A DNA stretch of 64,000 nt. It comes from Candidatus Lindowbacteria bacterium RIFCSPLOWO2_12_FULL_62_27. GTDB taxonomy: Bacteria > Lindowbacteria > 2-12-FULL-62-27. The stretch spans positions 93,024 through 157,023 of the forward strand of contig MFPR01000017.1 in NCBI GenBank assembly GCA_001784175.1. The letters are read 5' to 3'. Of the stretch, positions 10,252 to 17,444 are shown piece by piece. Position 1 is the stretch's first letter, and the number at the start of each line of letters is the position of its first letter. Position numbers and translations under genes: made by a program. Below the pieces are notes generated by a model, which was not told where the DNA came from, ran no database searches, and saw only the letters and a program-made list of their open reading frames with translations.

Positions 10252-12132
10252 ATGCGGATTCTGGAGGAACGAAAAGGGGTCATCTATTTTATCCTGATCG
10301 TGTTCACGGTCAGCGTCCTCTACTACCTGACCCACATGATGAATTTCTTCATGTACAAAGTCTCTTTCACGGATGTACTCGGGAAAATCTACTACGATGC
10401 CGGCGAATACGCGCCGGAAGGATTCAGCCTCCACCTGTTCAAGCACAGCCCGACGCTCTATTCGGTCATCCCGTCCTGGCTGTACCGGGCGTTTCATATC
10501 AACGTCAAGATTCTCATGGAGGCGACGGGCTTCCTGATGATCTTCTTGTCCCTGCTCGGCATGGCCTTCCTCGCCGATGTGGGCCGGTCGGCCGACAGGG
10601 TCACTGCGTTTCTGTGTTCGGCCTATTTGCTATTTTCGGACATCGGCTTTGTGCCGCTCGGCAATCACTGGGCGATCACCGGCCAGGTCCTGACGGCGAG
10701 CACGTACGGCATTGTGTGCATGATGTTCGTGCTGGCGGCGTTTCTCAAGGCGAGGTACGTTCTGGCCGCGTTTCTCCTCGGCGTGACGTTCACCATCCAC
10801 GCCGGCAATGCCGTGATGGCCGGCCCGCCGCTCGTCGTGGCGTTCATCGCACGCGAGTGGAGATCGCCGGGCTGGATCAAAACACTGCTCCTGTCCGCGG
10901 GCTGTTTTTTGATCGGCACCGCGCCCTACTGGATCTTCCTGGCCCGCGAGCACAGTTACGTCAACTGGGTCGCCGGCGACGAGTTGAAATATTTCGAGTA
11001 CCTGCGGCTCAGCATGCACTATCACAGCCATCCGAGCGAGTGGCATCCGGCGAAATACATCACGTTCCTGACATTCCTGGCGGTCGGCTGGCAGGGCCGT
11101 CGCCTGCTCCGGCCGGACATCCGCGGGCGGTTTTCGGTCATGGTCGGCGTGTATGTCGCGATGGCCCTCGTGTTCGCGTTCTTCACGGAAGTCGTTCCCG
11201 TGTGGGCGATCGCCAAATTGTCGCCGTTCCGGCTGTTCACGCACCTGACCCTGCTTTTTCTTCCCTGCTACTTCCTGTATCTCCGGGAACTTCTGGTGGA
11301 CCAGGACCGGCCCTGGATGGGCGTGCTGGCGGCATGGACGCTCGGCGCCACCTTTTTCTCCGTCGACGGCCCGCCCATTGTTCCCTGCCTCTTTTTGCTG
11401 GCCGCGCCTGCGCGGCGGCGGGTCGTGGTCTCGATGCTGCTTCTCTGCGTGTTGTTTTCAGCCGCGCTGGTCATTCTGATTCCCGGCGATGCGCGTTTGA
11501 GTTCCGGCCGGATGTTGTCTTTCCTGTATTACGGCTCCTACCTCGTGCCGACCCCGTGGAAAATCGGCGTCACGATCGCGGTCCTCGCGCCCTTCTCAGT
11601 CGCATGGTTCCGGTTTCGCGGTCCGGAGGAACGGGCGCGGTTGTTTCTGCTGTTCATGGTCGCGTTCTGCGCGGCGCGGGGCGTCTACAATGTCAACGAG
11701 CGCGCCGCGAAGAACCCGCGGTCCGTCGATTATTACGGGATGCAGGTGTGGGTCCTCGATCACATTCCCAAAGACGCCGGCGTGATCATCGATCCGGAAC
11801 TCGGCGGGTTCCGCGATTTTGCGCGACGCAACGTGTTCGTCACGTGGATGGATATGTATTCGGGCCGGCTTCTCCCGTTCGTCTATGAAGAGGTCCTCGG
11901 CCGGTTCAACGACCTGACGATCTCCTACGACGAACTGCGCGGCGTCCGCAATTCGGCCCGGTCGGCCCACATCTCCGAGCGGTTCGCCAAACTCGATCCG
12001 GAGGTGTTCCGCCGGATCCGCGAAAAATATCCGATGTACCGGTACGTCCTCTATGTGAACGCCCGCGATCCGGTCATCCGCCTGCCGGTGATCCATAAAA
12101 ATGCGAACTTCACGCTGTGCGAAATCGACTGA
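10252..12132 (+). CDS. Polytopic membrane protein (GT-C/DUF6798-like), probably surface-glycan modification
   Basis: About 12 hydrophobic segments plus a soluble C-terminus (WVLDHIPKDA, FRDFARRNVFV); GAGGAGG RBS before the ATG at 10252. Confidence 0.6.
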   Translation: MRILEERKGVIYFILIVFTVSVLYYLTHMMNFFMYKVSFTDVLGKIYYDAGEYAPEGFSLHLFKHSPTLYSVIPSWLYRAFHINVKILMEATGFLMIFLSLLGMAFLADVGRSADRVTAFLCSAYLLFSDIGFVPLGNHWAITGQVLTASTYGIVCMMFVLAAFLKARYVLAAFLLGVTFTIHAGNAVMAGPPLVVAFIAREWRSPGWIKTLLLSAGCFLIGTAPYWIFLAREHSYVNWVAGDELKYFEYLRLSMHYHSHPSEWHPAKYITFLTFLAVGWQGRRLLRPDIRGRFSVMVGVYVAMALVFAFFTEVVPVWAIAKLSPFRLFTHLTLLFLPCYFLYLRELLVDQDRPWMGVLAAWTLGATFFSVDGPPIVPCLFLLAAPARRRVVVSMLLLCVLFSAALVILIPGDARLSSGRMLSFLYYGSYLVPTPWKIGVTIAVLAPFSVAWFRFRGPEERARLFLLFMVAFCAARGVYNVNERAAKNPRSVDYYGMQVWVLDHIPKDAGVIIDPELGGFRDFARRNVFVTWMDMYSGRLLPFVYEEVLGRFNDLTISYDELRGVRNSARSAHISERFAKLDPEVFRRIREKYPMYRYVLYVNARDPVIRLPVIHKNANFTLCEID

Positions 12133-12138
12133 GTGAAC

Positions 12139-12166
12139 TTGCGCGACAAGCCAAATACAGTAAAAT
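12139..12166 (+). promoter_or_regulatory. Candidate original sigma70 promoter of tRNA-Arg
   Basis: TTGCGC-N16-TAAAAT about 90 nt upstream of the leftmost tRNA 5' fragment. Confidence 0.4.
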
Positions 12167-12257
12167 GCACACATCCGTGTGTGCGCCCGCACCCTCCGTC
12201 GTCGGAATTACATCCATGTAATTCCGAAGTCCCGCCTTCGGGTACGGCCGCATCCAT

Positions 12258-12298
12258 GCGCCCGTAGCTCAGTTGGATAGAGCATCGGCCTTCTAAGC
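12258..12298 (+). repeat. att site 1: 5' fragment of tRNA-Arg(UCU)
   Basis: 41-bp identity to 22762-22802 (GCGCCCGTAGCTCAGTTGGATAGAGCATCGGCCTTCTAAGC). Confidence 0.95.
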
Positions 12299-12516
12299 TG
12301 ATCCACGCAAATTTCAATTTTTCAACGGCGTTCAGGATTATTCAGTAAGCGTCTGTTCCTTGTTGAATTATCTCCGCGTGTGATTTTCTGATTTCAGGAT
12401 TTTTCAGTTCGAGTAGGCGCAGTTCCGTCCCCTTTTGTCCCAAAAACCGGTACAAATCCGGTACAAGTTTGGAAGCGTGTTTCGTGGCGGATCATGGGCA
12501 GTCATCGCTGCTCCCC

Positions 12517-12554
12517 TTGCATTTGTAACAAAAATTGTGTACTTTTTGTTACAA
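12517..12554 (+). promoter_or_regulatory. abiEi promoter with overlapping inverted-repeat operator
   Basis: TTGCAT-N17-TACTTT overlapped by a perfect 12-bp inverted repeat TTGTAACAAAAA-N8-TTTTTGTTACAA. Confidence 0.7.
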
Positions 12555-12567
12555 CCATTGAGGCGGT

Positions 12568-13182
12568 GTGTTTATGCGATCTGTTGAAAGCAAGATGACC
12601 GGCAGAATATGCGAAAATGACAGGGGTTGGTGCTTTACTCCAAAATCGTTTTTTGGCCTTGGAAGTTCCCAGGCCATACGCATTACCCTTCACCGGCTTG
12701 AAAAACGGGGGACCATTCGCCGCTTGGCCCATGGTCTGTACGATTATCCCAAAAAGCATCCATCCATAGGCATTCTGTCACCGGATCCGAACGAGATAGC
12801 AAGGGCGTTATCCGTTCGCGATTCCACGCGCATTCAACCGTCCGGCGCTTATGCGGCTAACCTGCTGGGCCTGACGGAACAGGTTCCGGCGAAGATCATA
12901 TTTCTAACGGACGGCCCGGAACGGAGGGTCAGAATTCGATCCCAAGAGATAATCCTGAAGCGGACAACCCCCCGATACATGGCGACCGCCGGGAAAATCA
13001 GCGGAACGGTCATTCAGGCGCTTCGGCACATCGGTGAGGCGAATATCGCGCAATCCGGAATCAAAAGGTTGAGGAAGATGCTGAAGGATAAAGACAGGGT
13101 TCAGCTAAAACGGGACAAGAGACACGCGCCGGCGTGGATGCACCACTTGATTGATTCGATCACGGGTTCCGCCGATGCGTGA
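12568..13182 (+). CDS. Type IV TA antitoxin, AbiEi-like (DUF6088 family)
   Basis: FTPKSFFGLGS, LHRLEKRGTIRRLAHGLYDYPK, SGAYAANLLGLTEQVPAK and terminal APAWM motifs. Confidence 0.85.
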   Translation: MFMRSVESKMTGRICENDRGWCFTPKSFFGLGSSQAIRITLHRLEKRGTIRRLAHGLYDYPKKHPSIGILSPDPNEIARALSVRDSTRIQPSGAYAANLLGLTEQVPAKIIFLTDGPERRVRIRSQEIILKRTTPRYMATAGKISGTVIQALRHIGEANIAQSGIKRLRKMLKDKDRVQLKRDKRHAPAWMHHLIDSITGSADA

Positions 13183-13384
13183 ATTTGCGAAACTTCCGTC
13201 CTTGGAACGCGACACCATTTTCCTGGAGACGGCCAACCGGCGAGGGCTCTCCCGCCTGGTCGTGGAGAAGGACTTCTGGGTCTGTTTCACGCTGTCTCTG
13301 CTGTTCGAGTCAAAACAATTCGACTATCTGTTCGTCTTCAAAGCGGAGCAATGCGGAGGCTTACCAGATGATTTCCACGCCTGA
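13175..13384 (+). pseudogene. Truncated AbiEii/AbiGii nucleotidyltransferase toxin
   Basis: MREFAKL...VVEKDFWVCFTL...LFVFK; similarity stops where the GGTSL motif is expected and the convergent PIN gene follows. Confidence 0.85.
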
Positions 13385-13750
13385 TTTCTCCGAAATGTCG
13401 GCGTCTTTGGTGACGATGGCAACGGGTTCTTTGGTCAAGGCGGAGAAGGAGCGGGCGGTCGCAATAATGATGGCGTCATGCAATTCGAAGCCCGCGGGCA
13501 ACAGCGGAAAGAGCGCCACGTCCAAAGGAGCAAATTCAATATTTCGAATCCGGGACCATTTGCCGAGAAGGTCTTCAAAAATGGATGTCACTCGCCGGCG
13601 CTGGCAGAGGTGCCAGATTTCGCCGGCGACGATCGTCGGAACAACCAACCGGCCTGTCAGGTCGGCCATCGCCCCACGGGCCTTGGCCGTCAATCGGCGG
13701 TCATTTTCCAGAAACCATAACAGCGAGTGTGTATCGGCGATGCGGATCAT
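13361..13750 (-). CDS. PIN-domain (VapC-like) toxin
   Basis: IADTHSLLW, PTIVAGE, ELHDAIIIATA and IVTKD acidic PIN motifs. Confidence 0.88.
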   Translation of the reverse strand: MIRIADTHSLLWFLENDRRLTAKARGAMADLTGRLVVPTIVAGEIWHLCQRRRVTSIFEDLLGKWSRIRNIEFAPLDVALFPLLPAGFELHDAIIIATARSFSALTKEPVAIVTKDADISEKSGVEIIW

Positions 13751-13956
13751 GCTGGAAACGGTTTTATCCAGCTCTTCTTCGCCTCGTCGATCTCCTGGTC
13801 CGAAAAATGGATCTTCTTCCGCCAGATGCCAAAAAGATCCCGCATTTCGAGGGATTTACCCTGTTTTTTGCTCCGCTGGTTTACCGCCAATCGCAGAAAT
13901 TCAATCTGCCGTTCCAAGCTGTGAAGTTGTAACAGCACATAATCCGGTGTTGCCAT
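13747..13956 (-). CDS. Putative antitoxin of the PIN toxin
   Basis: 69-aa ORF with ATGA overlap onto the PIN gene; 'LFGIW....FSDQEIDEAKKSW' tail typical of PIN partners; RBS before the ATG at 13956. Confidence 0.7.
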   Translation of the reverse strand: MATPDYVLLQLHSLERQIEFLRLAVNQRSKKQGKSLEMRDLFGIWRKKIHFSDQEIDEAKKSWIKPFPA

Positions 13957-14141
13957 GGCGTTCCCCTTTCCTTCGCGCAACGGCTCGGATCCCATCGGAA
14001 CCGAACCCTTTTCATGCCGCACACAGTATATCCGCCGTTCCACTCTCCGTCAACATTCGCAACCATGAGCCGTTTGCCCCACGAATTGCGGGACGAAAGC
14101 CTCATCGCTGCGTGGCAGGGATGATGTACGGGAAAAAGATT

Positions 14142-14220
14142 ATTTGTGATTGGTGATTCCTAATTTGTGATTTGTGATTGCGATAATCACAAATGGGAAA
14201 TCACAAATCACCAATCACAA
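14142..14220. repeat. Palindromic heptamer-repeat element, copy 1
   Basis: Left arm of ATTTGTG/ATTGGTG units, right arm of CACAAAT/CACCAAT units; first 38 nt identical to 16745-16782. Confidence 0.9.
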
Positions 14221-14278
14221 GTCGCTTTCGCCGCATCGCGGCGTCGAGGTATTACACGACCTGGGGAGGTCGACTGAC

Positions 14279-16674
14279 ATGAAAAAGTTCGTACTGGGTT
14301 TACTTTTCGCTTTCCACTTTGCACTTTTCACTTGGAACGCCGCATGGGCGGACGTTCCAAAATATATATCCTTCCAAGGCGAGCTGACGGACTCGCAAGG
14401 CACGCGCATCACCAGCTCCAAAAGCGTGACCTTCAAACTCCACAGCGCCGCGTCCGGCGGGGCGATTCTCTGGTCCGAAGCGCAGACCCTGACGCCCGCC
14501 AACGGCATCGTGAGCGCGAGCATCGGAAGCGCGACGGCCGGCGGCGTGAATCTGGCGTTTGACACCGGTTACTGGCTCGGCGTGACCGTCTCCCCGGACG
14601 CCGAGATGTCTCCCCGCATTCGACTGACGACCTCCCCCTATGCGTTCATCGCCAAGTTCCTCGACACGGGCGCGACCGCCTACGGCGCGCTGTCGGTTGC
14701 CGAAACGGTGACGGCGAACAAGTTCGTCGGAAACGGATCGCTCCTGACGGGCATCACGGCATCCGCCGCGTCGGACACGGATTGGACGATTGCGACGGCG
14801 AGCACGATCTACCGGCTCTCCGGGAATGTCGCCATCGGCACGACCAGCACGGCGGACAGCTTGCAGATCGAAGGCACGCTCAACGTCGATTCGCCGACGC
14901 TGTATGTGGATGCGGCGAATAATCGGGTCGGCATTGGGACGGCGAGCCCGAACGCGACATTTGAAGTTAACAACGGGCAGTCCATGTTTCACGACGGCGC
15001 TTTCACCGATCCCCATACAGGCACGGCATATGACGCCAAGTTCGGGGGCCCAAACCGGGGCATCGGGGTCAAAGGGATATCTATTTTCAACGACAACGTC
15101 GGCATCGGCACAACGTCTCCGGCGGATTCGTTGCACGTCGCAGGCCGCATTCAAATGGACACGAACGCGGCGACTTCCGCCGCGGACGGCGCGATTCGGT
15201 GGTCGGGATCGGATTTCGAGGGCCGGAAGGCCGGATCGTGGGCGTCGCTGACGGCGACGGGCGGCGCGACGCCGGATACGGACTGGACGATGGTCGGCGG
15301 CACGATCGGGAACATCTACAGGAGCGCCGGGAATGTGGGCATCGGGACATCGAGTCCGTCGGATTCGTTGCATGTGGCCGGAACGGTTCGCGTTTCGGAT
15401 TCGATGACGGTCGGCGATACGGTGTTCGTGGTCAATTCAAAGAGCGGCAACGTCGGCATCGGCACCACAGGGCCAGCAAGTACGTTACACTTATACCAAT
15501 CAGGAGCAGGGCTCGTTATTCAAAATTCAGCCACAGCCGGGGTGGGCAATTTAGCATCTATACATTTTCGGAACCTGCTCGCATCTGGCGCAACTCACTA
15601 TGCCGCTATTATTAGAGGGGCTCAAGATAGCACTACCCAGAATAGTGGGCATTTAGAGTTTGTCACGTACAATAATGGCAATGCCGATGAGAGAATGAGA
15701 TTAACAAAAGAAGGCAACGTCGGCATCGGGACGACGGCGCCAGGGGCGAAGATGCACGTTGCCGTTGATAACTACGAAAGCATCCTGTTTGATCGGAGTG
15801 TAAATGTGAACTCCCCGAATAAGTACTCGATAGGCGTAAGCTACTCTGGCGCTGGCGCTGACTATCTCAGATTGGGCAAGACGGGCGGAGATCCATTCGT
15901 CATCAATCCAAGCGGCAACGTCGGCATCGGGGATACGGCTCCGGGGAGCAGGTTGGATGTAACGGGAGCGGCGCATGTATCTGATTCTTTTGCAGTGGGT
16001 ACTGCGGCGGGCGACCGTCTGGTTGTTACAACATCGGGCAACGTCGGCATCGGCACAACGACGCCGGGGGATAGTCTGGTTGTCAAGGGCGGAGTTATGT
16101 CGGACACACTGACAGTGGGAGACACGTTTTTGGTTGTATTAAAGAGCGGCAATGTCGGCCCGGCACGACGAGCCCTGGCGCTAAATTGCACGTCGCCGGA
16201 AATGTTATCGTCAAAGACACCATAACCGTCGGGGATACGTTCTTGGTCGTCCTTGCCAGCGGCCGGGTCGGAATCGGCACCGCAAGCCCAGATACCGACT
16301 TCTCTGTCAACGGCGGGGCATCCAAAGTCGGCGGCGGGTCCTGGGCGACCTTCTCCGATGGCCGCCTCAAGAACATCGACGGCCAGTACAAAGCCGGCAC
16401 GGCGGAACTCATGAAACTCAATCCCGTCAAATACCGCTACCGCGCGGACAATCCGGTCGGCATCAAGGATGGCGCGCCTCATATCGGCCCTGTTGCTCAA
16501 GAAGTTAAGGAAGCCATCCCGGAGGCGGTTGAATCGAACAACCAAGGTTACCTCATGCTCAACAACGACCCCATCATCTTCGCGATGCTGAATGCCGTCA
16601 AGGAACAACAGGTGACGATTGAGAAGTTACAGGGGAGAATCGAGGAATTGGAGAGGAACCAAGCGGCGAAATAA
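14279..16674 (+). pseudogene. Secreted GNVGIGT-repeat fibre/adhesin with C-terminal peptidase S74 (intramolecular chaperone) domain; 1-nt frameshift at ~16160
   Basis: GGGGAGG RBS and signal peptide; N-terminal 'ISFQGELTDSQG...LWSE...EMSPRIRLTTSPYA' domain; about 10 GNVGIGT repeats; WATFSDGRLKNI S74 motif and coiled coil lie in the second frame (ORF 16186-16674). Confidence 0.85.
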
Positions 16675-16744
16675 GATTACGGGCGGACCTCCCGCCAAAG
16701 ACCGGCCGGATGATGCATGCGCCATTTTAGATTGCCGTCGGGGG

Positions 16745-16820
16745 ATTTGTGATTGGTGATTCCTAATTTGTGATTTGTGATTTCAATCACAAATTGGAAA
16801 TCACAAATCACCACTCACAA
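16745..16820. repeat. Palindromic heptamer-repeat element, copy 2
   Basis: Direct repeat of 14142-14220; abuts the stop codon of the DUF2442 gene. Confidence 0.9.
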
Positions 16821-17087
16821 CTATTTTTTCTTTGCGTTCGGGGCAGGAGCGCCTCGAAGAAGTCCCTCCGTACTCAAATCCTCATCAATTTCCGGCCAGT
16901 GAATGCCGTACCCCCCGCCGCCGACCTGCCATTTTTTCCTTTGCTTCGGCGTGGCGTTCGCGAGTTTCGGATACCAAGCCAGAGGAACCGTGATGGTGCG
17001 GCCATCCGACAGGCTGACGCTCAGGTCAACCTCTGTGATTTTAACGTCTCTTACCCGTTCATCCGCGCCCAGAGCCAAAATACCCAT
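16821..17087 (-). CDS. DUF2442 family protein (TA antitoxin partner of DUF4160)
   Basis: LSDGRTITVPLAWYPKL.NAT...GIHWPEIDEDLSTEGLL signature. Confidence 0.9.
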   Translation of the reverse strand: MGILALGADERVRDVKITEVDLSVSLSDGRTITVPLAWYPKLANATPKQRKKWQVGGGGYGIHWPEIDEDLSTEGLLRGAPAPNAKKK

Positions 17088-17142
17088 GCCATGCCTCCAA
17101 GAATTCCAGTCGATGTTCCCTGACCAAGCGAACCGTCGGCAT
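17059..17142 (-). pseudogene. Internally deleted DUF4160 toxin (27 aa)
   Basis: Manual translation MPTVRLVREHRLEFLEAWHGYFGSGRG*: the family N-terminus MPTV is joined directly to the C-terminus ..EAWHGYFG, overlapping the DUF2442 start. Confidence 0.75.
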
Positions 17143-17231
17143 AACACGCACGAGTATACACGATTTCATGCATGAATTCAAAAAAACGGGCAACGTCGGC
17201 ATCGGGACGGCGGAGCCGCGACACCGGGAAC

Positions 17232-17444
17232 ATGGGGCATAAAAATATTTCGACGACTCGCCGGTACGCGCATCTTGAGCGAAAACAAAAACAGGAGGCG
17301 GTTGACAGTATTTCTGATCAACTCAGCGATGAGGCCGGCGATCCCCAGAATTCGAAGGCCGCGAGAAAATTGGGTTGGACAATTGCCCCGACTATCGTAA
17401 TATTTCAAGAAAGTGGAGGAGGCATCCATGTACGCATGCGGTGA
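17232..17444 (+). pseudogene. Tyrosine integrase C-terminal remnant (island 1)
   Basis: MGHKNISTTRRYAHL matches the LGH..TT..Y box II motif; points toward att site 2. Confidence 0.8.

Noticed and set aside
15092-16164. 17-nt repeats as a CRISPR array
   Set aside because: Spacing is irregular (110-350 nt), the repeats are in frame within a CDS, and there are no cas genes
14142-16820. Classical integron cassette array
   Set aside because: The palindromes lack clear RYYYAAC/GTTRRRY attC ends and no IntI-type gene is present; kept only as an analogy
14279-17205. Diversity-generating retroelement acting on the fibre gene
   Set aside because: No reverse transcriptase and no TR/VR pair differing at adenines
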